A stretch of 64,000 nt of DNA from Bacteroidales bacterium (GTDB taxonomy: Bacteria > Bacteroidota > Bacteroidia > Bacteroidales > UBA932): positions 1,983 to 65,982 of the forward strand of contig JAFWOY010000027.1 in NCBI GenBank assembly GCA_017509755.1. The letters run 5' to 3'. Position 1 is the stretch's first letter. Each line of letters starts with the position of its first letter. The notes beneath the pieces are model-generated. The model did no database searches, was not told where the DNA came from, and was given only the letters and a program-made list of their open reading frames with translations. The position numbers and the translations under genes were made by a program. Shown here piece by piece: positions 9,252-19,396 of this stretch.

Positions 9252-12200
9252 ATGAAACGGATTTTGCTTCTGTTTGCCGCCGTGCTGGCTGTCACTGCCG
9301 TATCGGGGCAGAACCTTCGTTTTGCGAGTCGTCCCTCACTTTCGCCAGACGGTCAGACACTTTATTTCTCATACCTGGGTGATATCTATACGGTCCCTGC
9401 CACTGGCGGACAGGCCATGAGCCTTGTCGCCATGCAAGGGAAGAAGAATCATCCGCTCGTGTCTCCGGACGGAAAATGGCTTGCCTTTTCTTCTGATATC
9501 AATGGAAACCAGGATGTATTTGTCGTTCCCGTAGGGGGAGGACAGGCTGTCCAGCTGACATATCACGAGGCCAATGATTTCCCGGTCTCCTGGTCGCCCG
9601 ATGCGAAAACCCTCTATTTCGAGTCCCAGCGATCAGGTTCACGCCGGACGACCTATTGTGTATCCGTGACGGGCGGTACGCCGCAACTGCTGTTCGATGG
9701 TTATTTCACGACCGTGGTCAATCTGGTCGAGAATCCGAAAGACGGTACGTTCTATTTCAATGAGTCGGCCGAGAGCATCAATTTCCCGACGCGCAAACGC
9801 TATGTCGGCGACCATAACCCGAATATCCAGTCGTGGAATCCCAAGAAGAGACAATACGCCGCGCTGACGGACTATGAAGGCAAGGACACATGGCCGATGG
9901 TCGATTCCAAAGGTACGCTGTATTATGTAACCGATGAACTGAACAAGGAGTCGAACATCGTGAAATACGTTCCGGGGGAGAAACCCGCCTATCTGACACG
10001 TTTCAACAGTTCGGTCCAATATCCGCGCATCGCCTGGAACGGTTCGAAGATCACGTATCTGCTCGATTATGAGATTCACGTGCTGGATCCCGCCAGCGGG
10101 AAAGATGTGGTTCCCCACATTGTCGTGACCGCTCCGGATCCTTCGGTCCGCAGGTCGTTCGAGAAACAGAATCCTTCTGCCGGAGCGGTTTCGCCCGACG
10201 GCAAGAAACTTGCTTTCGTCGTCCGGGGTTTCCTGTATGTAACGGATACCAAGGGCAAATTCTTCCAGCGTATGGCAACGCCCGATGATGAACGCGTTCA
10301 CGAGGTCATCTGGGGCGCTGACAACAAAACCCTCTATTACACCCGGACCCAGCACGGCTGGGTGGATCTGTTCCGCATTTCAGCCGACAACAAGGGCACC
10401 GAAACGGTCGTCTATACTTCGCAGGCCAATGTCAAGAGTTTAACGGTGTCGCACAAGGGTGACAAGATCGCTTTCGTTGATGGAAGCGACCGCGTCATGC
10501 TGTACGATGTGAAAGCCGGAACGACCGAAAAGATCGCGGATGCCGAGTTCTGGTCCTTCCAGCAATACGACCTTTCGTTCTCGGGCGATGACAGTTGGCT
10601 GGCTTTCGAGGCCATGGACCGTTTCGAGCCCGACATCTTCCTGTATTCGTTCGCTGACAAGAAACTACTGAACCTGACGCACTCCGCTTCGACCGAGCGG
10701 GAGCCGGTATTCTCGCCCGACGGGAAATATCTGTATCTGATCGCGTCCCCGACAACCTCCTCATTCCCGCGTGGTTACAGCGGACAGCTCTACAAACTGG
10801 CCCTGCAGAAATACGACACGAAATTCAAATCCGATACGTATGACCAGTTGTTCGACGCCAAGAAACCATCCAAGGATTCAGTCGTACGCATCGACACGAA
10901 GGATATTTTCGAGCGAATGACCCCGGTTGAACGCAGCGGCCGCCAGATGGGCCTGCACCTGTATCAGGCCAAGGGAAAGACGCTGCTGCTCTACACGTCC
11001 TTCTCGGACGGAGTACGCGAGGTTCGCGCCCTGGACATTGATGACCCGGAAGCCAGGCCGAAGGCCATTAAAGGTCTTGCTCCCGGTGCTTTCTTCAGTT
11101 CGAAAGAAGGTCTCTATCACCTGACACGCGGCAAGGTCAACAAGATTGATCCGAATTCGTTGAATGCGACGGAGGTCCCGGTTACTGTCAATGTGGACAA
11201 GACGCTTTCCGACGAATTCTCCCAGATGTTCTATGAGACTTGGGCGACGTTGGCCCAGAATTTCTATGATGTCAACTACCACAGTGCTGATTGGACGGCA
11301 GTCCGCGACCGCTATGCGGCATTCCTGCCTGATATCAAGAGCCGGGACCAGCTCCGTACCCTGATGGCTGACCTGTTGGGCGAACTGAATTCCTCTCACC
11401 TGGGTTTCAATTCGATGGGGGCAGAAGAAAGGACCGAGACCCGGATGCATTCCATCGTAACGGGCATCCTGTTCGACAACAAGGATCCTTATGTCGTGGC
11501 TTCCATCCTGCCCGGATCGACCGCCGATAAAGTTGAAATCGACATTCGGAAAGGCGACCGCCTCGTGGCTGTCGATGGCGTACGTACCATGCCTTCAGTC
11601 AATCGCGAGAAATATCTCTCCACGCCCTTGCAGAAAGAGGAGGTGAAACTCACGTTCAATCGTTCCGGCAAAGAATTCGATGTCAAGGTCCACACCATGC
11701 CGCAGATGGCTTTCCGCAACCTGCAGTACAAACAGTGGGAAGACGCCTGCAAGGCTAAAGTGGAGAAGGATGGAGCAGGGAAGATCGCTTATATCCATAT
11801 GCGTGCGATGGGTGGGGAAGACCTGGATTCCTTCCTTACGCAGATGCACACCTATGCGGTTAACCGGGATGCCCTGATTCTCGACCTGCGTTACAATAAC
11901 GGCGGCAACGTGCATCAGGAGGTCATCGACTTCTTGCGACAGAAACAGCACTTCCAGTGGAGTTACCGCGGTTTTGCCAAAGTGTCGCACCCCAACGTAA
12001 CTCCTTCAGACAAGCCGATCGTCGTGCTTGTCAACGAACACAGCCTCAGTGACGCGGAAGTGACTTCCAATGGTATCCAGACGCTGGGCCTGGCCAAACT
12101 TGTCGGTACGGAGACCTATCGCTGGATCATCTTCACTTCGTCTGTCGGTTTGATTGACGGTTCGTCATCCCGCATGCCGGCTTGGGGCTGCTACAACAAC

Positions 12201-12341
12201 GCGGGGCAGGACCTCGAATTCCTGGGCGTCAAGCCGGATATTTATGTGAAGAATACCTTCAAGGACCGCATCACAGGTGCTGACCCGCAACTGGATGCCG
12301 CCATCAAAGAAGTTCTCAGGCAACTTAAGGAAAACAAATAA
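9252..12341 (+). CDS. Tricorn-protease-homologue type S41 peptidase (beta-propeller + PDZ + S41)
   Basis: Signal peptide. TolB-like propeller repeats (SPDGQTLYFSY, SPDGKWLAFSS, SPDAKTLYFES, SPDGKKLAFVV, SPDGKYLYLIA). S41 core LILDLRYNNGGNVHQ and VVLVNEHSLSDAEV. Confidence 0.8.
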   Translation: MKRILLLFAAVLAVTAVSGQNLRFASRPSLSPDGQTLYFSYLGDIYTVPATGGQAMSLVAMQGKKNHPLVSPDGKWLAFSSDINGNQDVFVVPVGGGQAVQLTYHEANDFPVSWSPDAKTLYFESQRSGSRRTTYCVSVTGGTPQLLFDGYFTTVVNLVENPKDGTFYFNESAESINFPTRKRYVGDHNPNIQSWNPKKRQYAALTDYEGKDTWPMVDSKGTLYYVTDELNKESNIVKYVPGEKPAYLTRFNSSVQYPRIAWNGSKITYLLDYEIHVLDPASGKDVVPHIVVTAPDPSVRRSFEKQNPSAGAVSPDGKKLAFVVRGFLYVTDTKGKFFQRMATPDDERVHEVIWGADNKTLYYTRTQHGWVDLFRISADNKGTETVVYTSQANVKSLTVSHKGDKIAFVDGSDRVMLYDVKAGTTEKIADAEFWSFQQYDLSFSGDDSWLAFEAMDRFEPDIFLYSFADKKLLNLTHSASTEREPVFSPDGKYLYLIASPTTSSFPRGYSGQLYKLALQKYDTKFKSDTYDQLFDAKKPSKDSVVRIDTKDIFERMTPVERSGRQMGLHLYQAKGKTLLLYTSFSDGVREVRALDIDDPEARPKAIKGLAPGAFFSSKEGLYHLTRGKVNKIDPNSLNATEVPVTVNVDKTLSDEFSQMFYETWATLAQNFYDVNYHSADWTAVRDRYAAFLPDIKSRDQLRTLMADLLGELNSSHLGFNSMGAEERTETRMHSIVTGILFDNKDPYVVASILPGSTADKVEIDIRKGDRLVAVDGVRTMPSVNREKYLSTPLQKEEVKLTFNRSGKEFDVKVHTMPQMAFRNLQYKQWEDACKAKVEKDGAGKIAYIHMRAMGGEDLDSFLTQMHTYAVNRDALILDLRYNNGGNVHQEVIDFLRQKQHFQWSYRGFAKVSHPNVTPSDKPIVVLVNEHSLSDAEVTSNGIQTLGLAKLVGTETYRWIIFTSSVGLIDGSSSRMPAWGCYNNAGQDLEFLGVKPDIYVKNTFKDRITGADPQLDAAIKEVLRQLKENK

Positions 12342-13814
12342 ATGAAATCATTGCGCTATACCCTGGCAGCAGCGGTTCTCCTGCTGGCCCTGCTGCCAGC
12401 CTTCGCCCAGCGAGGCAGTCAGCGTCCCCGGACCCCTGAACAGGACTTCCTGGACGCCATGTTTGACCATATCAAAGGCGTTGAAATATTCGATTGTGTC
12501 CGCATCCTCTCCGATTCCACACTGTTCCAGGGCCGCCTCAGCGGCTCTCGGGGCATGCGCCGGGCCGTGGACTGGGTCAGTTCCCGTTACGAGGAAATCG
12601 GCTTGGAAAAAGTTCCTGGCCTTTATGGCTATGACTATTCGTACCCGGTGGAGTGCACGGAGGTGACAGGACCGTGTGAAGTATCTGTTGACGGTCGTGT
12701 CTGCACTTGGGCCCTGGAATGGTACGCTGGAGGCACATCTGCCAACGGAGTAGCGGAAGCAGAGATCGTCTTTGCCGGTTTTGGCGTTTCAGCACCGGAA
12801 CTGGGTTATGACGACTATGCCGGCATCGATGTGCGGGGCAAGATCGTGTTGATAGAAGGGGAGACCCCCAACACCAGTCGCAACGACGATACGCTCCGCA
12901 TCTGGTATCCGTACACACTCCACCAGTATAAGGTGGCTAATGCGGTCGCCCACGGGGCCATCGGAATGCTCTATCGCTGGGTTCCCGGTCCGAACAACGG
13001 CTACGATCCTTCTTTCGTGTACGCCTATGTGACTGACGAACTGGCCGATGAGATTGTGGCCGGAAAGGCGGACCATTTCCAGTCGCTGATCCGGGAGCTC
13101 CGGAGCAAGAAAAAAACCGCCTCCTTCGCCACCGGCAAGAAAGCCCGGATCCAGATGACGATGACGCACCGGACCAATGCTTTGGGGCATAACCTGCTGG
13201 GTATGGTCAAAGGCAGCGATCCGGAACTATGCGATGAGTATGTGATCCTGTCGGCCCACTTGGACCATCTGGGCATGATTCCCTATCACATCGCCGGGGC
13301 CAATGACAACAATTCATCGACCGCCTGCTTGCTGGCTGTCGCTAAAGCGCTGCAGGCCAGCAAGGTCAAACCGAAGCGCAGTGTCATTTTCCTGTCGCTC
13401 GACGGCGAGGAAGCAGGCCTGACAGGCAGTTTGTATCTGACCGCCCATCCCGTAGTGCCGGCCGACAAAGTCAAGTTTATCCTGAATCTCGAACAGATCG
13501 GTATCGGCAGGGCTTTTTCCGTTGGATACAAATACGATGCTCCGGAAATCATCGACTATGTGAAAGAAGCCAACGAAAAATACATCCACAGACCCTTGTC
13601 GTTTTACCCCAACCGCTATGTGACGCGGCCGCGTACCGATGGCGCCGTGTTTATGAAAAACGGCTATCCAACCGTTGATTTCTATTCGGTCGGCGGGCGG
13701 TCTTATTATCATGAACCGCGTGACAGCTGGGAAATCCAGGATCCGTCTACGTTGCAGGATGCGGCTCGAGCGCTTTTCTGGAGTGTGATCAATGCCGCCA
13801 ATGCTGTTAACTGA
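12342..13814 (+). CDS. M28 family metallopeptidase (secreted)
   Basis: Signal peptide. M28 metal-ligand pattern SAHLDHLG, GANDNNSSTACLLAVAKAL, LSLDGEEAGLTGS. Confidence 0.8.
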   Translation: MKSLRYTLAAAVLLLALLPAFAQRGSQRPRTPEQDFLDAMFDHIKGVEIFDCVRILSDSTLFQGRLSGSRGMRRAVDWVSSRYEEIGLEKVPGLYGYDYSYPVECTEVTGPCEVSVDGRVCTWALEWYAGGTSANGVAEAEIVFAGFGVSAPELGYDDYAGIDVRGKIVLIEGETPNTSRNDDTLRIWYPYTLHQYKVANAVAHGAIGMLYRWVPGPNNGYDPSFVYAYVTDELADEIVAGKADHFQSLIRELRSKKKTASFATGKKARIQMTMTHRTNALGHNLLGMVKGSDPELCDEYVILSAHLDHLGMIPYHIAGANDNNSSTACLLAVAKALQASKVKPKRSVIFLSLDGEEAGLTGSLYLTAHPVVPADKVKFILNLEQIGIGRAFSVGYKYDAPEIIDYVKEANEKYIHRPLSFYPNRYVTRPRTDGAVFMKNGYPTVDFYSVGGRSYYHEPRDSWEIQDPSTLQDAARALFWSVINAANAVN

Positions 13815-13864
13815 TAGGCCATGACGCCCAGAAGGATCTCTTTTGACCGATGGCAGGTGGCTGC

Positions 13865-16840
13865 TTACTTGTATAGCACCGTCGACACTGTCGAGTCGTA
13901 TTGGAAATTCGCGATGGATTGGCCGTTTTTCAGCCAGATTACAGATAGGGTAGGATTGTTGGTGCAATTCAGATAAGACAACGAGGCATTATTGCTGACA
14001 TCGAGGATGGTCAAACGGTTGTTAGCGCAGTGGAAGTTTTTTAGGAAAGGGCTGCCGCTGACGTCTAAAACAGATAGCTGGTTTCCTCCGCAATAAAGAT
14101 TGACCAACGCACTTTTATTGCTGACATCTAATTCTTTGAGAAGATTGTCGTTACACTCGATATCATAGATTCCGGGATTCTGGCGTAAATCGATGGCAGA
14201 AATCTTGTTTTTGCTGAAGCGAAGGAATTCAAGCTTGGGATTATGACTGACATCCAGGGCGGTCAATTGGTTTTGATTACATTGGAGGCTTTGCAATTCT
14301 GGATTATGACTTAAGTCCAAACCTGTCAGGAGTCCGCGAGCCCGATTAGAAATACTCCTTTGAACAATAATCCTATCTTCTTCATTTTTGTAAATACGGC
14401 TTGCCTCAAAGATTTCACCGCGACATTGCAGATAGCACAGGTACGCATTGTGTGAAAGATCCAATTCTTTTAGGTAGTTAGCTCCGATATCAAGGGTCGA
14501 GAGAAGAGGGTTCTGGCTTAAATCCAGGGACACGAGGTCGTTGTAATAGAGATCTAGTAAAAGCAATTGAGACAGCGGCGTGACATCCAATTCGGTCAGA
14601 TGGCTATAGCTGAGTGTCAGGTATTTTAGTTGGGTGAGTGGCGTCAGGTCCAGAAGGGTCAGGTTCGTATGTGGCGCTTGCAGCCGTGTCAGCCGGGTTG
14701 CTTCACCAAAGAGAAGCTTTTTAATCGGGTTCGCACTACAAGAAAGAGTTTGCAGGTTGCTGTTCTCGGACACGTCCAATTCGACCAATTGATTGAAGTC
14801 ACATTCTAAAACAAGAAGATTGGGGTTATGGGATACATCCAGCGAGACCAACTTACCTGTACATCCACTTGCCTGGGTATACTCGGTCCCGCAACAAATG
14901 AGTTCGCGCAGATTCGGGAAAAACCGAATTTCGGAAATGGAAGTGATCTCGTCCGTACAAATGGATATCTTTGTGATGGCTTCACGCTCGCTTATGGACA
15001 GATGACCATCTTTGTCGGTATCGAAATAAGCAAATAAATAGGTCCTGAAGAATGGATCGGCAACAGGAAAATCCGGATCGTCATCAGGTATATTGCCCTC
15101 TTTAAATGCGATCTTCGAGACCTCTTCATCATACTGCAGGGATATCGACTGTACAGTAAAAAGCCATATTGTCTTCAAGTAAGGATTATTGAAGCACGTG
15201 AGAATACGAAGAGCCAGATTGCCCGATACATCCAGCTCAGTCAGTTGGTTGTCTTCGCAAAGGAGGGCTGTCAGATTAGGGTTTTGACTGACATCCAGCC
15301 TGCTAAGCTGGTTATTGTTGCAGGCCAGCGTCGTGAGGCCAGGGTTGTTCCGTACATCCAACGCGGACAACTGGTTACATTGGCAGGACAGAAATGCAAG
15401 TTTCGGGTTTTGCGAAACATCCACCGAAAGCAGTTGGTTATTATCGCAATTGAGATACGCGAGAGAAGGGTTTCCAGATAAATCCAACTCGGTAAGTTCT
15501 CCGCGACCGCCACCGTCAGGATCGGTTGTACCGGAGCAGATCAATTTCGTGAGTCGAGTGAAATGCTTGACCTCTGTGATCGATCGGATGTTGTCGGTAC
15601 AAATGTCAATGGTGTCAATGGCTTCTACCTCTTCTTTCGATAACCAGTCATTCTTATCTTTGTCGAAGGAAGACAACAAATACGACCTGAAATTCGGATC
15701 GTCAATAGTGATATTAAGATGTGGAATGTCCGTTCCGCGAAATAAAACCGTAGCGATATCGGTGTCATATTGGAGGGAAACCGGTTGCCCCTTGCATAGC
15801 CAAATCTGGGCCAGCAGCGGATTATCGGAACAATCCAGTTCAGCCAGTACCGGATTGTTCGAAGCATCCAGACTGGTCAGCCGGTTGTTCTGGCAATGTA
15901 ATGTTTCCAATAACGGATTGGCGCTGATGTCCAGCGTATCAAGCGAACCTTGACCGGGGGCGGAACCTTGGCAGAATAGCGATTTCAACAAAGGCATCTG
16001 TCGGATTTCAGCGACAGAAGAGATACTGTCCGTACAAACGCGAATTGAAGTAAGTTGACCGAGTTCCCGATAGGAGAACGCGCCATCCCCGTTCAAATCG
16101 TGTTTTTCTGTCAGGTACCGTTCAAAGACAGGATCGGCGATAGGGGCAGGGAAATCTTCCGTACACGTCAAGGACAACGCAGAGGGACTATAGGCATACA
16201 CTTCGTTAGCGGTCTTCTCAGCGTTCTCCGCATATGCTCTGAAATAGTAGGTTTCACCGAATTCCAGTCCGGGAATTCGGGCAGTGAGTATAGAATCCTC
16301 TTCCAACGCGCAGGGTATCCGGTTCTTTTTCATTTCTTTCAAGTCGGGGGTCTTTCCATAGCAAAACCCCGTTTCATTGACGGGCCGGCCCCCATCATCC
16401 AATAGCACAGCGGTCAGGCGACCTTTCTGAAACGAAACCTCGGAGAGTAGCGCTGCGGATGTGGTTGGCATCTGCCGGGTAATCTCTTGGGAATATTTCT
16501 TTCTCAGTGTACTGGCCAGATAAGAGCGGAATACATACTTCATACCCGGTTTCAATTGGAGCGTGCAAGAGAAAGATGTCTCACTGTCTTTGGGTGGGTT
16601 GATAATCAGGGTATCTGCTGTACCGGAGAAAGCGTTTTCGGCAATCTCGAATCCATATTCGACAATATCTGGACGGGGTGTATAGGATCCCGACAACTGG
16701 ATGAACAGACGAGAGGGCATTTCCGGACCAAAACTGATGGTTGGTGGATTCGGCTCATTAGAGGGTGCAACCGGATCGGGCAGGCAAGACTGCAGAACCA
16801 AACTGAGGAATAGAATCAGAAGTCGGGAAAGCGCTTTCAT
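13865..16840 (-). CDS. Leucine-rich-repeat surface lipoprotein with three tandem DxDxDG-loop + LRR modules
   Basis: Lipobox LVLQSC. ATG at 16840 (the ORF-track start 16846 is TTG). Many LDVSxNPxLxxLxCxxNxL repeats. Three modules each open with ADPxFRxYL...D.D.DG...E...I.ICTD and close with IWLxxGQ..SLQYD. Confidence 0.85.
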   Translation of the reverse strand: MKALSRLLILFLSLVLQSCLPDPVAPSNEPNPPTISFGPEMPSRLFIQLSGSYTPRPDIVEYGFEIAENAFSGTADTLIINPPKDSETSFSCTLQLKPGMKYVFRSYLASTLRKKYSQEITRQMPTTSAALLSEVSFQKGRLTAVLLDDGGRPVNETGFCYGKTPDLKEMKKNRIPCALEEDSILTARIPGLEFGETYYFRAYAENAEKTANEVYAYSPSALSLTCTEDFPAPIADPVFERYLTEKHDLNGDGAFSYRELGQLTSIRVCTDSISSVAEIRQMPLLKSLFCQGSAPGQGSLDTLDISANPLLETLHCQNNRLTSLDASNNPVLAELDCSDNPLLAQIWLCKGQPVSLQYDTDIATVLFRGTDIPHLNITIDDPNFRSYLLSSFDKDKNDWLSKEEVEAIDTIDICTDNIRSITEVKHFTRLTKLICSGTTDPDGGGRGELTELDLSGNPSLAYLNCDNNQLLSVDVSQNPKLAFLSCQCNQLSALDVRNNPGLTTLACNNNQLSRLDVSQNPNLTALLCEDNQLTELDVSGNLALRILTCFNNPYLKTIWLFTVQSISLQYDEEVSKIAFKEGNIPDDDPDFPVADPFFRTYLFAYFDTDKDGHLSISEREAITKISICTDEITSISEIRFFPNLRELICCGTEYTQASGCTGKLVSLDVSHNPNLLVLECDFNQLVELDVSENSNLQTLSCSANPIKKLLFGEATRLTRLQAPHTNLTLLDLTPLTQLKYLTLSYSHLTELDVTPLSQLLLLDLYYNDLVSLDLSQNPLLSTLDIGANYLKELDLSHNAYLCYLQCRGEIFEASRIYKNEEDRIIVQRSISNRARGLLTGLDLSHNPELQSLQCNQNQLTALDVSHNPKLEFLRFSKNKISAIDLRQNPGIYDIECNDNLLKELDVSNKSALVNLYCGGNQLSVLDVSGSPFLKNFHCANNRLTILDVSNNASLSYLNCTNNPTLSVIWLKNGQSIANFQYDSTVSTVLYK

Positions 16841-16842
16841 GG

Positions 16843-17700
16843 TCAAAACAATACGCCAACACCCGCGCTGGCTTCGAGATACTTGAACTGATTGGTCCGA
16901 ATACCGGCTGATACGGCAACCGCATTCAATCGAAGCAGAAGACCGAATTCCAACTCAATGCCGGAGAAAGAATGTGTGCTGACACGAGCATACTGGTATT
17001 CCCCAGGGGCCATATACATTTCCCAGGCAAGGACACGGCTGCCATAACCACCTCCAGCATAAAGATATAGGGGGACAGCTAATTGTCTCAGGTAGCCCCC
17101 GGTAATGGCAAAGCGGCTTTTTCGGGAAGCTCCCGTGAACCAGGCTGTTTCGCCATCGACAGTTCCATCTCCTGAACAGTTGGATGATGGTTTGAGCATA
17201 CGATGGAAATCGCTTACGATATGGACATATCCGCCGTTTATTGTGCAAAGACCCAACATCAGCCCATAGGAAGTATGGGGCAGATTATACTGCACGGTCG
17301 GCAAAATGAGGGTATGGATGGGATTTGCGATGTCCAGAGAGAGGGTATAACCATAAGCGGGCATCAGCGGCTTGTCAAGCGGGAAAACAAAGTGTAGAAC
17401 CGCATAGCCGTCTACGCTGATATCAATCCATTTAGAATTGGCCGGTATGAAAACGACCCATTCTCCCGGGTATTGCAAGGGCTCTCCAATGATATTGCCG
17501 GCAAAATGAACGGAATCTTCTGAGGAGAGATAGATACTGATCATAGCAGAGGGTTGGCCGTTCTGATCATAGACCGGGGATGTCTTTGCCCTCAGTTCAA
17601 AAGGATTTACTTCAAAACTTCGTACGAGAAGGCGCTTTTCCTGGGCATGCAGGAAAAAAGGCAGGAAAAGGAATGCCAGCAGGAAAACAGCCTGTCTCAT
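16843..17700 (-). CDS. Exported protein, N-terminal beta-sandwich-like domain + C-terminal OM beta-barrel-like domain
   Basis: Signal peptide MRQAVFLLAFLFLPFFLHAQ. The C-terminal half has alternating hydrophobic strands and Gly/Tyr-rich turns and ends in ...SAGVGVLF (terminal Phe, typical of OM beta-barrels). ATGA overlap with the upstream gene. Confidence 0.7.
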   Translation of the reverse strand: MRQAVFLLAFLFLPFFLHAQEKRLLVRSFEVNPFELRAKTSPVYDQNGQPSAMISIYLSSEDSVHFAGNIIGEPLQYPGEWVVFIPANSKWIDISVDGYAVLHFVFPLDKPLMPAYGYTLSLDIANPIHTLILPTVQYNLPHTSYGLMLGLCTINGGYVHIVSDFHRMLKPSSNCSGDGTVDGETAWFTGASRKSRFAITGGYLRQLAVPLYLYAGGGYGSRVLAWEMYMAPGEYQYARVSTHSFSGIELEFGLLLRLNAVAVSAGIRTNQFKYLEASAGVGVLF

Positions 17701-18695
17701 TTGCCGATTCTGAAACTGTTGATGTCAATAATCTGGTTTTCGTCAAGCGCGCGGGTCCGTTCTTCGTCCATCCAGTAGGGTTGCCAGGTCCTGACGTGGA
17801 TCTGCGGTCTGTCTTCGTCCCTAAAATCCCAGAGCATAAACAAATAGCCTTCATCGGAATAGGGGATACCTCCGTCATAGAGAGATTCATAGCCCTGTTT
17901 TAGAAGAACCCCATAATAACCTTCAATGGAAGGATGCTTTGTTACTCGTATGTCGCTGAAATCAACCCGGATATATTTCGTATGCGGAAAAATGTGCTGT
18001 TTCAGTCTGTCGAGATACGCTTTTTTGGAATGCTTTGTATAAGCGATTTCATCGTTTATAATCGCAGTCCTGTCGCCGCGTTTCCTTTGAATAACCTTCC
18101 CGGTAATGATCAAAGCATCGTCGCTGAACACCATGTCCAGAAAATGGATATCCTTCTTGCAGTATGCTGTACGGAATTGCTCGACATAATCGAGGATCAT
18201 CTGCCGATGCCGCAGGTCGCCCACTTTACTACCGTCCGTCATGATTCTCCTATACAAATGGGAACCGATGGCCATATTGATGCGGGTAATGCGGCCGGAA
18301 CCGTCCATTTCGATCACAAGTTCCTGATAGTCATCGTTTCCTTGAAGATCCCGCATTTGGATTGGTACGTTCCTGACCTGCCAGCCGCCATTGTAGGTCC
18401 CGATAATCCGTTCCACGACCTTCGCTTCGTCACAATGAAAAGGCATGTTATCCCATAACACGATCACAGAAGTTTCGGCGTCTTTCGTAATGGAGACCGC
18501 TGAAAAATCGGGTATGGCGCCTTTCATGTCATAAGCCCGGTTAAATTCTGTCAGCAGCAGGGAAAGGTTGGCGTTGATCTTGTCTTTCAGCGGGCCGTTT
18601 TCCAGGCCGTCATTAATCAGAAAGGTAACCGTCTGCGCAGATAGTGCGGTATGTATGATGAGAAGCGCGACAAGCAGAAAGAAAGATCGTTTCAT
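17697..18695 (-). CDS. Exported hypothetical protein (C-terminal NTF2/SnoaL-like fold suspected)
   Basis: Signal peptide MKRSFFLLVALLIIHTALSAQ. RHRQMILDYVEQFRTAYCKKDIHFLDMVFSDDALIITG resembles the start of NTF2-like (DUF4440-type) domains. ATGA overlaps at both ends. Confidence 0.7.
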   Translation of the reverse strand: MKRSFFLLVALLIIHTALSAQTVTFLINDGLENGPLKDKINANLSLLLTEFNRAYDMKGAIPDFSAVSITKDAETSVIVLWDNMPFHCDEAKVVERIIGTYNGGWQVRNVPIQMRDLQGNDDYQELVIEMDGSGRITRINMAIGSHLYRRIMTDGSKVGDLRHRQMILDYVEQFRTAYCKKDIHFLDMVFSDDALIITGKVIQRKRGDRTAIINDEIAYTKHSKKAYLDRLKQHIFPHTKYIRVDFSDIRVTKHPSIEGYYGVLLKQGYESLYDGGIPYSDEGYLFMLWDFRDEDRPQIHVRTWQPYWMDEERTRALDENQIIDINSFRIGK

Positions 18696-19396
18696 TGTAG
18701 CATTTGCATGATAGTTTTGTCAACAAAAATCCAATAAGCAGGAACCATCCTATATTTCATCGGGTCCGTCAACGATCCGGATCGTATATTTGTCCTTACC
18801 CCCATGGAATCTCTTGGTGACATGATCTCGATGATACGGTCTGAAGAGTGTTCGTAATAGACCAGAAATCCGCCATCCACATATTCCTGGGGTGTCTCGA
18901 TCGTAACCGGTCCCGACATGATATGAGCTTTTGTTCGGGATGTTGGGAGCAATTCCTGAATGTCTGACAGAGTCTCGATTTCGGGCAGCTGGCGGAAAAA
19001 CTCCAGAATGGCATTTCGACTAACATGATCGAATGCCGCCGCTTCAATCTGTTCCAACTCCCGGAGATGCGACTTGCTGATATAAGCAATTGTCCGGTAA
19101 TGATTAGGATCTTTTCTCATCGTGATAAGCTGGATCACCTCTGGCGGACAAGCACTGGCTCCACGAATATACACAAAGCCATTCTCTTTCAGATAATGAG
19201 CCAGACGGTCGTTCAAGTCAAGCGTGGCTTCGACAACGGATTCTTCAAGGTCGGGCATCGTGCAACTGCCATACAGGTAGTCCGGATCAAGCTTGATAGC
19301 AGCCATCCGCGCAAGAAGCGAGTCTTGCGACTGTCCGGCTGCATACTGGAAAAAGAACATTCCGGCAAGAATAAACAGGATTAGTACTTTACGCAT
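18692..19396 (-). CDS. Exported hypothetical protein (234 aa)
   Basis: ATG 19396 gives the signal peptide MRKVLILFILAGMFFFQYAAGQ. The longer ORF-track start at 19510 would overlap the TIR gene by 130 nt and lacks a signal peptide. Confidence 0.65.
   Translation of the reverse strand: MRKVLILFILAGMFFFQYAAGQSQDSLLARMAAIKLDPDYLYGSCTMPDLEESVVEATLDLNDRLAHYLKENGFVYIRGASACPPEVIQLITMRKDPNHYRTIAYISKSHLRELEQIEAAAFDHVSRNAILEFFRQLPEIETLSDIQELLPTSRTKAHIMSGPVTIETPQEYVDGGFLVYYEHSSDRIIEIMSPRDSMGVRTNIRSGSLTDPMKYRMVPAYWIFVDKTIMQMLQ

Noticed and set aside
13865-16840. LRR lipoprotein as the target of a diversity-generating retroelement or of phase variation.
   Set aside because: No reverse transcriptase, template repeat, invertase or flanking inverted repeats are seen in the window.
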